Part shown: positions 9,926-20,001 of the stretch, in pieces
How positions within the stretch are numbered: position 1 is the stretch's first letter
Layout of the letters: every line of letters begins with the position of its first letter
Assembly (NCBI GenBank): GCA_965199715.1
Contig: OZ241322.1
Coordinates: 1,344,001 to 1,408,000 of the forward strand
Origin: Vicinamibacteria bacterium
Lineage (GTDB): Bacteria; Acidobacteriota; Vicinamibacteria; Marinacidobacterales; Marinacidobacteraceae
Length of the DNA: 64,000 bases
Reading direction: 5' to 3'
Position numbers and translations under genes: made by a program
Notes under the pieces: generated by a model
The model's input: only the letters and a program-made list of their open reading frames with translations
Databases searched by the model: none
What the model was told of the DNA's origin: nothing

Positions 9926-11095
9926 ATGACGCGATTCCTTCTTCCCACGCTCCTGGTCGGCGGACTCGCGACGGCGCAGACACTCGAGAGCCCGGCCGGA
10001 CCCGAGAGCGGCCAGTACTCGCTGACCGTCGGCGAGGAGGGGCCGGTGCTGCTGAGCTGGATCGAGCCCTCGGCCGACGGCCACGCCCTCTTGTTCTCCG
10101 AACTGGGCGAGGAAGGATGGGGCGCACCGAAGACGATCGCCGAGGGCGCGGACCTCTTCGTGAATTGGGCCGACCGCCCGGCGATGGTGGCCATCGGCGG
10201 CGACCGGATGGCGGCGCACTGGCTCGTGAAGCATCCGGGAGCGAGCGGCCCCTACGGCTCGGGGGTCCGGGTGGCGCACTCGTTCGACCGGGGCGCGACG
10301 TGGCGCGAGGTGTACTCGATGGGTCTCGGCGACTCCGAGAACTACACCGGCTTCGTGGCGTACGCGCTGGAACCGGGCGGATTCTCCGGGGCGTACCTGG
10401 CCCCGAAGCCGGGCGACTCCGACGTGATGACGCTGCGGATGGTGCGCTTCCACGTGGACGGCCACCCGCTCAGCGACCAGTTGCTGGACGAGAACGTGTG
10501 CAACTGCTGCCCGCTCGGCATGGCCACGAGCGCGCTCGGACCGCTCGTCGCGTACCGGGACCGCCATCCCGACCCGCCGAAGGACGACGTGCGCGACGTC
10601 GCCGTCCGCCGCCGGGTGCGCGAGGTCTGGGAGGCGGACAAGCTGGTGCACGCGGACGGCTGGCGGATCAACGGCTGTCCGGTGAACGGCCCGGCCGCGG
10701 CGGCGAGCGGCAACACCGCGGCGATCGCGTGGTTCACGGCGGCCGGCGGCGAGCCGGAGCTGCGGCTCGCGTTCTCGGGGAACGGGGCCGAGGGCTTCAC
10801 CCCGCCGGTGCGCTTCGACGAGGGCGCGCCCATCGGCTGGGCGGACGTCGCGCTGCTCGAGGACGGCACCGCCGCGATCGTCTGGCTGGAGCGGGGCGAG
10901 GGAGACCGCGCCGAGGTCCGGCTGCGGCGGATGACGCAGGACGGGCTGCCCAGCGAGTCCATGGTCGTGGCCGAGGCGCCGGCGGGCCGCGAGGCCGGAA
11001 TGCCGCAGCTCGAACGCCTCGAGGACCGGCTGATCGTCGCGTGGCGCGACGGGGGCGTCCGCACCGCCGCCGTCGAGACCGGGGCGCTCCAGTGA
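9926..11095 (+). CDS. Secreted BNR/sialidase-like beta-propeller protein
   Basis: Signal peptide; FVNWADRP, SFDRGATW Asp-box, VCNCC, GWRINGCPVNGP. Confidence 0.78.
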   Translation: MTRFLLPTLLVGGLATAQTLESPAGPESGQYSLTVGEEGPVLLSWIEPSADGHALLFSELGEEGWGAPKTIAEGADLFVNWADRPAMVAIGGDRMAAHWLVKHPGASGPYGSGVRVAHSFDRGATWREVYSMGLGDSENYTGFVAYALEPGGFSGAYLAPKPGDSDVMTLRMVRFHVDGHPLSDQLLDENVCNCCPLGMATSALGPLVAYRDRHPDPPKDDVRDVAVRRRVREVWEADKLVHADGWRINGCPVNGPAAAASGNTAAIAWFTAAGGEPELRLAFSGNGAEGFTPPVRFDEGAPIGWADVALLEDGTAAIVWLERGEGDRAEVRLRRMTQDGLPSESMVVAEAPAGREAGMPQLERLEDRLIVAWRDGGVRTAAVETGALQ

Positions 11096-12996
11096 TCGGG
11101 CTCCTGCTCCTCGCGCTCGGGACGGGCGCCATGGCCGAGGAGCCGCCGCTCGACGCGTTCCGGGCGCAGATCGGCCTGCGCGCGGCGGGAAGTCCGCGCA
11201 TCTCTCCGGACGGGACCCGGATCGCCTATTCGGTCACGACCGCCGACTGGGAGGCCAACCGGTTCGACCAGGAGATCTGGCTGGACGGATTCCCGCTCAC
11301 CCGCGACGACGAGGGGAGCAGCTCCGCGCCGCAGTGGTCGCCCGACGGCGCCCGGATCGCGTTCCTGCGGGACGAGCAGGTCCATTGGATCCGCGCGGAC
11401 GGCGGCGAGGCCGAACCGCTGACGGACCACGAGGGCGGCGTGCGGTCGTTCCGATTCGCGCCGGGCGGGGGCCGGATCGCCTTCGTCGCCCGCGACGCGG
11501 ACGCGACCGAGGAGCGGGAGGAGGACTTCGGCGCCTACGCGGTCGAGGACGCCGACTTCCGGATGTCCCACCTGTGGGTCATGGACGTCGGCGGCGAGCC
11601 GCGCCGGCTGACCGAGGGCGACGGCTTCACCGTCGGGAGCTTCGACTGGTCGCCGGACGGCGAGGAGATCGCCTTCGACCACACCCCCGATCCCCGGATC
11701 GACTCGTTCCGGGAGGCGGACGTCTCGGTGGTCGGGGTCGCGACCGGAGCCGTCCGGCCGCTGGCCCGGGCGCCCGGCCGCCAGCGCGGGCCGATGTGGT
11801 CGCCGGACGGCGCCGAGGTGCTCATCTCCACGTCCGCCGAGGCGAGCCCGTACTACGGGAACTCCGAGCTCGCGGCGGTTCCGCGCGACGGCGGCGAGCC
11901 CCGGCTCCTCACGGCCGACTTCGACGAGAACCCGTCGGCCGTGGCGTGGACCGACGCGGGGATCCTCTTTCTCGCCACGCAGCGGACGGCGCGCCATCTG
12001 TTCGCGCTGGACCCGGCCTCGGGAACGGTGCGCGTGAAGCGGGACGACCCCGAGATGCTCATGGCCGCCGACGTCGCGGCCGACGGCTCGATGGCGGTGG
12101 TCGCGGAGTCGCGAAGCTCGCTCGGAGAGGTCTTCCGCGTCGCCCCGGACGGAGCCCTGGAGCCGGTCACCGACATGACGGAACAGGTCGCCGACTGGGG
12201 CGATCTCGGCGAGCGCGAGGTGATTCGCTGGGAGAGCGAGGACGGGGTCGAGATCGAGGGCGTGCTGATGAAGCCGCCGGGTTTCGACCCGAACGCCCGC
12301 CATCCGTTGATGGTGGTGATCCACGGCGGGCCGACCGGCACTTCGCGCCCGCAGCTCGTCGGCGGCTACGTCTATCCGGTGATGGAGTGGCTGCGGCGCG
12401 GCGCGCTCGTGATGATGCCCAACTACCGGGGCTCCGCCGGCTACGGCGCCGACTTCCGGGCGCTCAACGTGCGGAACCTCGGCGTGGGCGACGCCTGGGA
12501 CGTGCTCTCCGGGGTCGAGAGCCTCGTGGAGCGGGGGATCGCCGACCCCGACCGGATCGGCGCGATGGGATGGAGCCAGGGCGGGTACATCTCGGCGTTC
12601 CTGACCACGACGAGCGACCGCTTCCGGGCGATCTCGGTGGGAGCCGGGATCTCGAACTGGATGACGTACTACGTGAACACCGACATCCACGGCTTCACCC
12701 GCGCCTACCTCAAGGCCACGCCGTGGGACGACCCGGACATCTACGCGAGGACCTCGCCGATGACGACGATCCGGCGAGCGAACACGCCGACGCTCATCCA
12801 GCACGGCGAGTTCGACGCGCGGGTGCCCACGCCGAACGCCTACGAGCTGTACCAGGGCCTCCAGGACGTGGGCGTCGAGACCCGGCTCGTGATCTACGAG
12901 GGCTTCGGGCACGGGATCAACAAGCCCCGCGAGCGGCTCGCCGCGATGGTCCACAACTGGGAGTGGTTCGACCGCCACTTGTGGGACGGGAACTGA
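11092..12996 (+). CDS. S9 family peptidase (acylaminoacyl peptidase-like)
   Basis: WSPDG propeller repeats, HGGP, NYRGSAGYG, GWSQGG nucleophile, DARV, GHG. Confidence 0.93.
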   Translation: MIGLLLLALGTGAMAEEPPLDAFRAQIGLRAAGSPRISPDGTRIAYSVTTADWEANRFDQEIWLDGFPLTRDDEGSSSAPQWSPDGARIAFLRDEQVHWIRADGGEAEPLTDHEGGVRSFRFAPGGGRIAFVARDADATEEREEDFGAYAVEDADFRMSHLWVMDVGGEPRRLTEGDGFTVGSFDWSPDGEEIAFDHTPDPRIDSFREADVSVVGVATGAVRPLARAPGRQRGPMWSPDGAEVLISTSAEASPYYGNSELAAVPRDGGEPRLLTADFDENPSAVAWTDAGILFLATQRTARHLFALDPASGTVRVKRDDPEMLMAADVAADGSMAVVAESRSSLGEVFRVAPDGALEPVTDMTEQVADWGDLGEREVIRWESEDGVEIEGVLMKPPGFDPNARHPLMVVIHGGPTGTSRPQLVGGYVYPVMEWLRRGALVMMPNYRGSAGYGADFRALNVRNLGVGDAWDVLSGVESLVERGIADPDRIGAMGWSQGGYISAFLTTTSDRFRAISVGAGISNWMTYYVNTDIHGFTRAYLKATPWDDPDIYARTSPMTTIRRANTPTLIQHGEFDARVPTPNAYELYQGLQDVGVETRLVIYEGFGHGINKPRERLAAMVHNWEWFDRHLWDGN

Positions 12997-12999
12997 CGC

Positions 13000-15144
13000 T
13001 CAGGGATCGACTTCGAAGACGAACCGCATCCCGGCCTCGAGGTGCTCGGCGATGTGGCAGTGGGCCATCCACTTGCCCGGGTTCGTGATCTCCAGCACGA
13101 GATCCACGGTCTCGCCGGCGGCGATGAGCACCGTGTCCTTGAAGACCTGATTCTCGACGAGCGAGCCGTTGCGGTGCGTCACGAGGAAGCGCTGGCCGTG
13201 GATGTGGAAGGGGTGCTGCATCGCGTGCATCGCCCCGGCGTCGTTCCCGATCCGCAGGCGCACGACGTCGCCGACCCGGAACCGCCACGCTACGTCCATG
13301 TTCTCGCGGCCGGTCGAAGGTTCGCGGACGGTCCACCGGATCTCCTGCGGCGTGGCGACCGAGTTCATCATCGGCATCGTGTCGGCCCACTCCACCGGCG
13401 GGAAGAAGACCCGGTCGGCGCGCATCCGCTGCATGATGGCGGGGTCCATCCCCTCGACCTCCATGGTGAGCAGCAGCTCGTAGTCGGGCGGATCGTCGAA
13501 GCGGTCCCGGAACCGGTCCACGTCGGCGACCACCCGGAAGTCCTCGCGCAGCTCGCCGAATGAGTCGGCCGGCGCGTCGGCCGGACGGACGGTGACCGCG
13601 CCGAGATCGGTGGACCGGGAGAAATAGCCGCCGAAGGTGTGCTCCAGCGGCCGGACCCGGTTGCGGATCCGGTGTTCGCCGGGCTCGTCCCAGACCACGT
13701 CGATGATGTAGCGCTCCGCTGGAGCCAGCGCGACCGAGTCCACGAAGACCTCGCGCTCGAACGGCGAGAGATCGGAGCCGAGCGCCTTGATCCGGTGCGT
13801 TCCCGGCCCGCCGAACACGAGGTTGAACGTGCGGGTGTTGGAGACGTTCGTCAGGAAGAACCGGACCACTTCGCCCCGCGCCACTTCGATGTCGTGGGAC
13901 GGCTCGCCGTTCACCAGCATGAGGTTGCCGAACCGGCCCATGAGCGCGTGGGTGGGCCGCTCGGTTCCCCACGGAAACAGGCTACCGTCGTCGGCGATGA
14001 GGAGGTCGTCCAGCATCAGGATCTCCTCGCGATCGACCGGCGGGTACCACTCGTCGGGCGGCGCCTCGACCAGCATGTTCCCGTACAGGCCGAGGTCCTG
14101 CTGGACCTCCTCCCGGTGGTGCGGGTGGTACCAATAGAGGCCGGCGTCGCGGAAGAAGATCCGGTACTCGAACCGGCCGCCCGGCGGGACCGGGTCCTGG
14201 GTCAGGTGGGGAACCCCGTCGTACCGGTTCTCCAGCCGGACCCCGTGCCAGTGGATCGCCGTGGGCCATGGGGTGTGGTTCTCGAAGTTCACGTGGATCG
14301 TGGAGTTCCGGTCCACGTGGATCAGCGGCCCCGGGTACTGGCCGTTGAAGCCGTACATGAGCCGGTCGCGGCCCCCGACGGTCCGGCGCACCGGGCCCGC
14401 CAGGAGGTCGAGCGTCTGCCCGTCCCGCAGCCGGGCGACCCGTGACGGAACCGCTTCAGGGGCGTCCGCGTCCTCCGGGAGGAACGGGGTCGGCTCGGGG
14501 CGAAGCTGGCCGAGGCCGGGGATCATCGGGGTCTCCTCCAGCATCGGCGGATGGCTCCAGCGCGGCCCGTCCCCGTGGCCGGAGTGGTCCATGTGGGCTT
14601 GGTCCGTCGCGCTCGCGGCGCCCGCCTCGCCGACGCCGCTCACCGGGACCATGAGGTGGTTGTCGGGGAGGATGCGGGTGGAGGGCGACGCGCCCCGGAG
14701 GATCAGCCTCCCGGCGCGGGTCTCCGGGTCGGGCCGGGCCTCGGCGCTGACGAGGATCACGAACTTGTCGAAGGCGACCGGACCGAGGTCCTCGAAGGTT
14801 CCGTTCCCGACCTCGCCGAGCCGGACGACCGGATCCATGACCGGCGTCGTCGCCCACGCGACGTAGTGCCCGAAGTCGCCGAGCGAGGCCGGGTCGGGAA
14901 GCCCCTCGATCTCGAGGTCGAGGCGGTAGCGCTGGCTCCCGTCGCGCGTCACCGAGATCCCGAACGGGCTCGGATCCCGGCGCAGGAAGCCGGTTCCGCC
15001 GGCGGGGGCCAGATCGGGGGTCGGATAGAGTGCGATGCGGTTGAGGCCGGGCGCGCCTCGCTCGGGGATCTGCGCTCCGAGCGTCGCGAGGAGAACCGCG
15101 AGCAGCGCCGCGCCCCTGGGAACGAACGCATGCCCCTGAGCCAT
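13000..15144 (-). CDS. Multicopper oxidase with extra N-terminal domain
   Basis: HWHG, WYHPH, HPFHIHG, HCHIAEHLEAGM copper motifs; start taken at ATG 15144 (MAQGHAF). Confidence 0.92.
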   Translation of the reverse strand: MAQGHAFVPRGAALLAVLLATLGAQIPERGAPGLNRIALYPTPDLAPAGGTGFLRRDPSPFGISVTRDGSQRYRLDLEIEGLPDPASLGDFGHYVAWATTPVMDPVVRLGEVGNGTFEDLGPVAFDKFVILVSAEARPDPETRAGRLILRGASPSTRILPDNHLMVPVSGVGEAGAASATDQAHMDHSGHGDGPRWSHPPMLEETPMIPGLGQLRPEPTPFLPEDADAPEAVPSRVARLRDGQTLDLLAGPVRRTVGGRDRLMYGFNGQYPGPLIHVDRNSTIHVNFENHTPWPTAIHWHGVRLENRYDGVPHLTQDPVPPGGRFEYRIFFRDAGLYWYHPHHREEVQQDLGLYGNMLVEAPPDEWYPPVDREEILMLDDLLIADDGSLFPWGTERPTHALMGRFGNLMLVNGEPSHDIEVARGEVVRFFLTNVSNTRTFNLVFGGPGTHRIKALGSDLSPFEREVFVDSVALAPAERYIIDVVWDEPGEHRIRNRVRPLEHTFGGYFSRSTDLGAVTVRPADAPADSFGELREDFRVVADVDRFRDRFDDPPDYELLLTMEVEGMDPAIMQRMRADRVFFPPVEWADTMPMMNSVATPQEIRWTVREPSTGRENMDVAWRFRVGDVVRLRIGNDAGAMHAMQHPFHIHGQRFLVTHRNGSLVENQVFKDTVLIAAGETVDLVLEITNPGKWMAHCHIAEHLEAGMRFVFEVDP

Positions 15145-15720
15145 CTGTTGATTATCGTTGCGGCCGCCGCCGCTCCGGACGCCGTCCTCGACAACCCGTG
15201 GGCGACGGTGCATCGCAACGCCGCGCCGTGCGCTTCCAGCGGACCCGGCTGCCACCACCGGGTCGTCGTGGCCTTCGGCGACGTCACGGTGCGCCCGGAG
15301 GCGGGCGAGCCCAGCAAGCTCGGGTACGCGGACGTCTTCGTCGCCGGGCCGGGAGAGTCCTACCGGGTCGAGGGGCCCGAGTTCGCCGAAGTGAATCTGA
15401 AGGCCGATCCGCCGCCGGTCCAGGGGCCGGAGGAGACCATCGCCGCCGGCAAGAACGAGCGGCTCCACACCTGCGAGGAGTTCTTCGTGTTCGAGGAGCG
15501 CCTCGAGCCGGGCGACCTCCGGGAGCGGCACTCGCACGCGCAGCGGGTCGTGCTGGTGATGGGAGCCACCGAACTCCGGCAGTGGCCCGACGGGCAGCCG
15601 GAAGTGTTCAAGACCCAGATTCCCGGCACGATCAAGTTCAACCCGCCGGTGATCCACGTGGTCAAGAACATCGGCGACGCCCCGCTGCGGAACATCGTGA
15701 TCGAGCTGATCCCGCGCTGA
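15130..15720 (+). CDS. Secreted cupin-like protein (start uncertain)
   Basis: LEPGDLRERHSH..PVIHVVKNIGDAPLRNIVIEL cupin pattern; host-like codon usage. Confidence 0.7.
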   Translation: MPLSHLLIIVAAAAAPDAVLDNPWATVHRNAAPCASSGPGCHHRVVVAFGDVTVRPEAGEPSKLGYADVFVAGPGESYRVEGPEFAEVNLKADPPPVQGPEETIAAGKNERLHTCEEFFVFEERLEPGDLRERHSHAQRVVLVMGATELRQWPDGQPEVFKTQIPGTIKFNPPVIHVVKNIGDAPLRNIVIELIPR

Positions 15721-15722
15721 CC

Positions 15723-16772
15723 CTACGTTCGGGAGACCGCGCCGATCTCGCCGGTCTCGTGGTACTTGTCTCCGTAGTACTTGCTCGTGATCCGGGTGTG
15801 GAAGTCCTCGGCGCGCACCGGCGGGTAGAGCGGCGCCCCCTGGTTCGGAAGCACTTCCAGCAGCTCGTCCTCCCAGACATAGACGGCCATCGGGAAGGAC
15901 GTGCGGCAGCGGGCGCGCGCCGCCGGATCCCGGGGCGCGGCCACCCGGTGGGTCGTGGAGGGCAGGCGGTTGTTCGTGATCCGCTGCATGTAGTCGCCGG
16001 TGTTCAGGACGATCGTGCCGGGAGGCGCCTCGACGCGCACCCACTTCATGGTCTTCCGGTGGAGGAGCTGCAGCCCCTCGGTCTCGGCGGCCGGGAGGAT
16101 CGTGAAGAGGTCCACGTCCTCGTGTCCGAGCATCCGGCCCGAGGTTCCGGTCATCGGCGGGTAGTAGTTCAGCCGGAACCCGAAATTCGTCTCGGCGAGG
16201 CGCTCGTCGTACAGGCCGGGCGGCTCGCCGAGGTACGTGAGGATCGCCCGCATGATCGGGTGGACGAGCGCCTCGTGGGCGAGCACGAGCTTGCGGAAGA
16301 ACGCCTCATGGCCGGCTGAGGGCCAAAACCGCGACTCGTCCCAATCCGGGTCGCCGTCGAGGTCGAACGCGCGCCGGCAGAACACCCAGCCCTCGACCAG
16401 GTCGGGGTGGATGTTCGAGGTCTCCCGCATCGGGAAGTAGCCCTGGTTCACCGAGCCCTGCCGCTCGGCGCGGAAGCGCATCTTCTCCTCGAGCGAATGC
16501 CCCTCGAAGAACACCCGGGTGCGCCGGTGCGCCTCGGCGTAGAGCGCCGGATCGACGCCGTGGCCGGTCAGGATCGCGAAGCCGCTGTCCTCGAGCGACT
16601 CGCCGAGCGCCCGGACTCCTTCCTCGGAGTCGAGGCGGGAGAGGTCGCAGGGCTCGAGGACGAAGGCGTCGTCGAACCCCTCGTGCGCGCCCTCGGCGAG
16701 GCGGTAGCGCTGGAGCTTCTGGACCTGCTCGAAGCCACGCAGCTCCTGATTGAACTGCGCCGCCCCCCTCAC
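15723..16772 (-). CDS. 2-oxoglutarate/Fe(II) oxygenase, isopenicillin N synthase family
   Basis: RLNYYPP, GHEDVD (HxD), NTGDYMQRITN, STTHRV, RTS; GTG overlaps upstream stop. Confidence 0.9.
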   Translation of the reverse strand: MRGAAQFNQELRGFEQVQKLQRYRLAEGAHEGFDDAFVLEPCDLSRLDSEEGVRALGESLEDSGFAILTGHGVDPALYAEAHRRTRVFFEGHSLEEKMRFRAERQGSVNQGYFPMRETSNIHPDLVEGWVFCRRAFDLDGDPDWDESRFWPSAGHEAFFRKLVLAHEALVHPIMRAILTYLGEPPGLYDERLAETNFGFRLNYYPPMTGTSGRMLGHEDVDLFTILPAAETEGLQLLHRKTMKWVRVEAPPGTIVLNTGDYMQRITNNRLPSTTHRVAAPRDPAARARCRTSFPMAVYVWEDELLEVLPNQGAPLYPPVRAEDFHTRITSKYYGDKYHETGEIGAVSRT

Positions 16773-18022
16773 TGCATCTCCTCGGCCACGCGCTCCGCCT
16801 CCCGCATGATGCGCAGCGTGTTCCCGCTCCACAACTGAGCGATCTGCGCCTCGGTGTATCCCCGGCGCACGAGCTCGACAGTGACGTTCGGAGTCTCCGA
16901 GGCGTCGTCCCAGCCATCGACCCCGCCCCCGCCGTCGAAGTCGGAGGAAATGGCGACGTGGTCGAGCCCGATGACGGAGATCGCGTGGTCGATGTGGTCC
17001 ACGAAGTCGGCGACGGTCACCGGGAACTGCGCGCTCACCTCGGCGACCCGGGCGCGCAGCGCCTGCCGCTCCGCCTCCTCCAGCGCGGCCGCCTCGGCGA
17101 ACGAGGACACGCCGAACTCCGCCATCGCCGCGGCCGTCGCCGCGGCCTTCTCGGGGGAGTCGGTCTTGACGAAGCTGCGCAGCGCGACGATCTGGATGAC
17201 CCCGCCGTTCGCCGCGAGCGCCTGGAGCTGCTCGTCGTCCATGTTCCGGGTGACGTCGGCGAGCGCCTTGGTGCTGGAGTGGGACGCGATGATGGGCGCG
17301 GCGGAAAGCTCCGCCGCCTGCATCATGGACTTCTTCGAGACGTGCGAGACGTCCACGAGGATTCCGAGGCGGTTCATCTCCCGGATCACGTCGCGCCCGA
17401 AGTCGCTGAGACCGCCGTGCTCCTCGTCGGCGTCGCCGAGGTCGGCGCGCGGGTTCGTCGAGTCGCAGATGTCGTTGTGGCCGTTGTGCGCGAGCGTGAC
17501 GTAGCGGGCGCCGAGCTCGCGGTAGGTCTCGAGCAGCGACAGGTCCGTGCCGATCACGAAGCCGTTCTCGATGCCGATGAGCGCAACGAGCTTGCCGTCG
17601 GCGTGGATGCGCTCCACGTCGGCGGCGGTCTGCGCGAGGCCGATCACGTCCGAGTGCTCGGAGACGGCGCGGTGGATCGCGTCGAACTTGGTCTGCGCGC
17701 CCTCCTTCGCGGCCGCGTAGCCCTCCTCGTCGCGGGCGGTCTGGCCGTAGTACACGATGAAGAAGCCGGCGTCGAGGCCGCCCTCGATCATGCGCGGATA
17801 GTCCACCTGAAGATCCGGGATGGAGCCGCCGGGATCGAAGCCCTCGGTGGCGTACGTGAACGGGATGTCGATGTGGGTGTCGAGCGTGAGCACCCGCTTG
17901 TGGATTTCGAGAGCGCGGGCGACCATCTCCTCCTCGGTCTCCGGGGTCGGCTCCTCGGGGGCGTCGCCGCATCCGGCGACGAGCCCTGCGAAGGCGGCGA
18001 TCAACAGGCGGTTCGGGAACAT
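16769..18022 (-). CDS. Membrane dipeptidase (M19) lipoprotein
   Basis: LVAGC lipobox; DTHID, GIENG, DVSH, ASHSS, SSDFDGG. Confidence 0.92.
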   Translation of the reverse strand: MFPNRLLIAAFAGLVAGCGDAPEEPTPETEEEMVARALEIHKRVLTLDTHIDIPFTYATEGFDPGGSIPDLQVDYPRMIEGGLDAGFFIVYYGQTARDEEGYAAAKEGAQTKFDAIHRAVSEHSDVIGLAQTAADVERIHADGKLVALIGIENGFVIGTDLSLLETYRELGARYVTLAHNGHNDICDSTNPRADLGDADEEHGGLSDFGRDVIREMNRLGILVDVSHVSKKSMMQAAELSAAPIIASHSSTKALADVTRNMDDEQLQALAANGGVIQIVALRSFVKTDSPEKAAATAAAMAEFGVSSFAEAAALEEAERQALRARVAEVSAQFPVTVADFVDHIDHAISVIGLDHVAISSDFDGGGGVDGWDDASETPNVTVELVRRGYTEAQIAQLWSGNTLRIMREAERVAEEMQ

Positions 18023-18078
18023 GGGGGTCTCCTCGGGAGAGGCCGGATCGTACCAACGGGGCCGGGTACGCTCACGCG

Positions 18079-19002
18079 ATGAGCCTGCTGCTGGCCGCGT
18101 TGCTCGCGACGCAGTACGGGGCGCTCGTGGAGCGCTATCGGTCGGGAGCCTTCGTGGAGGCGCTCCGGGAAGCCATGACGCTCCCCATGGACGAGCTCGA
18201 GGACGGCGCCGAGGCGCTGCGGCGAACCCCGGGGACCGACCGGCTTCAGCTTCTGGGGTCGGCGATGCTGCATCTGGACCTCGCCGCCGCGGCCCGGATG
18301 GAGCCCGAGCAGAACGAGGAGATCGCGTGGCGGACGCTCGTGGTCGCGGGCGGGGAGTGGGCGACCGAGGCCCGGTACGGCCTCGTCGGGACCTATTGGG
18401 AGATGGGCCGCTGGGAGGACGTCGTCCGGATCCTCGAGGAGCTGCGGGGCCGCGACCGCACCGCGCCCCCGTTCCGGCTGCTCGCCGCCCGCTTCAGCGA
18501 GATGGCCGGCTGGACCACCCACGACGAGCGCTTCTTCGGATACGCCTGGTCGCTCTTCCTCAGCCTGCTGGAGGACGAGGAGCCGGCGCTCCCGCCGGGC
18601 GACATGACCGGAGTCCGGCTGCGCCTCGCCCATCTGGCGCTCCGCAACGGCGATCCCGAGGAAGCGCTCGAGCGCCTCGACGCGCTCGGGCCGCTGACCC
18701 CGGTGCAGCGGTTCGCGAGCCTCGTGATCCGGGGCGAGACCCTGCTCTGGCTCGGCGAGTTCGCGACGGCCGAGACGGCTCTCGCCGAGGCCCAGGCGAT
18801 CCACGTGGGCTCGTTCACCGTCGCGACCGCGCTCGCGACCGCCCGGCGCCTGCGGGGCGACCTCGCCGGGGCCGAGGCCGCGGTGCGCACGCAGCTCGCC
18901 GCCGCCGACGGGGAGGACGCCTGGTGGCGCTTCCTTTCCGGGGGTCTCGAGGACGAGCAGGCGCAGCTCGCGCGGCTGCGGCGGCTGGCGCTCAACCCAT
19001 GA
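18079..19002 (+). CDS. Secreted TPR-like protein
   Basis: Signal peptide, helical repeats, DAWWRF near the C-terminus; coupled to the VWA gene. Confidence 0.72.
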   Translation: MSLLLAALLATQYGALVERYRSGAFVEALREAMTLPMDELEDGAEALRRTPGTDRLQLLGSAMLHLDLAAAARMEPEQNEEIAWRTLVVAGGEWATEARYGLVGTYWEMGRWEDVVRILEELRGRDRTAPPFRLLAARFSEMAGWTTHDERFFGYAWSLFLSLLEDEEPALPPGDMTGVRLRLAHLALRNGDPEEALERLDALGPLTPVQRFASLVIRGETLLWLGEFATAETALAEAQAIHVGSFTVATALATARRLRGDLAGAEAAVRTQLAAADGEDAWWRFLSGGLEDEQAQLARLRRLALNP

Positions 19003-20000
19003 CCGCCCTCCTCCTGCTCGCGCTTTTCGCCCAGTTCCGGGTCACCGTCGAAGAAGTGCTGGTGGACGTGGTCGTGACCCGGGGGGACGAGCCGGTGAGG
19101 GGACTCGTCGCCGCGGACTTCGAGCTTCTCGACGAGGGCGTCGCCCGCCCGGTCCGGATCGTGCCGCTCGACGACCTGTCGCTTTCGGTGCTGTTCGTGA
19201 TGGACCTGAGCCTGAGCGTGACCCCCGAGCGCCGCGAGCGGCTGCGGAGCGCCGCCGAGCGGGTGGCGCGCCAGCTCGACCCGGGGGACGTCTGCGCCGC
19301 GTCGGCCTTCGCCGGAACCTTCGCGCTGATCCACGACTTCGCGCCCTGCGCGAGCCTGCCCGAGGACGTCTTCGGCGGCGTGGAGACCGGCGGCGGCACG
19401 GCGCTGTGGGACTCGCTCGCGACGGCCATCTCACTCGCCGACGCGGCGCCCGGGCGCTCGGTCATCCTCCTGTTCTCCGACGGCGCGGACACGGTGAGCT
19501 GGCTCCCCGAACCGCTCGTCGAGGAGACGCTGCGCACGAGCGACGCGCTCATCCACGCGCTCATCCCGCCGGACGCCCGGGGCCGCGCCCGAGCCCGGCC
19601 GAGGGGGCGGGTGACGACGATTCCGCCGTCGGTGCAGCGCCGCGCGCGCATCGGGATCCGGCGGATGGGCGCGGGGCCCGCCCCGGATTCGCTCGCGACG
19701 CTGCTCCCGGCGCGTTCGCAGGGGTTCCGGTCCCGGCTCGGCCAGCACGCGCCGTCCGAGCTGCAGCTCCTGCGGCGGGTGACCGAGCTCAGCGGCGGGC
19801 GGATGATCACGGTGCGCGAGGAGGACGGCGTGCTCGTCGCGTACGAGGAGATCCTCCGCGACCTCGAGTCGCGCTACGTGCTGGCGTTCTCGCCCGATCC
19901 GGCGCAGGCGCCGGGCTGGCGGCGGCTGGAGGTGACCACGACCGCCGAGGGCGCCGAGGTGCGCGCCCGCCGCGGCTGGTTCCACGGCGCGACCCGCTGA
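18999..20000 (+). CDS. VWA domain protein, Acidobacteria-type
   Basis: VLVDVVVT..GLVAADF.LLDEG, DLSLS MIDAS, GGTALWD, LFSDGAD, LESRYVLAF, VRARRGW. Confidence 0.85.
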   Translation: MTALLLLALFAQFRVTVEEVLVDVVVTRGDEPVRGLVAADFELLDEGVARPVRIVPLDDLSLSVLFVMDLSLSVTPERRERLRSAAERVARQLDPGDVCAASAFAGTFALIHDFAPCASLPEDVFGGVETGGGTALWDSLATAISLADAAPGRSVILLFSDGADTVSWLPEPLVEETLRTSDALIHALIPPDARGRARARPRGRVTTIPPSVQRRARIGIRRMGAGPAPDSLATLLPARSQGFRSRLGQHAPSELQLLRRVTELSGGRMITVREEDGVLVAYEEILRDLESRYVLAFSPDPAQAPGWRRLEVTTTAEGAEVRARRGWFHGATR

Positions 20001-20001
20001 G

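Noticed and set aside
15723-16772. Beta-lactam biosynthetic cluster
   Set aside because: IPNS-family oxygenases are widespread; no ACV synthetase or other NRPS gene is in the window.
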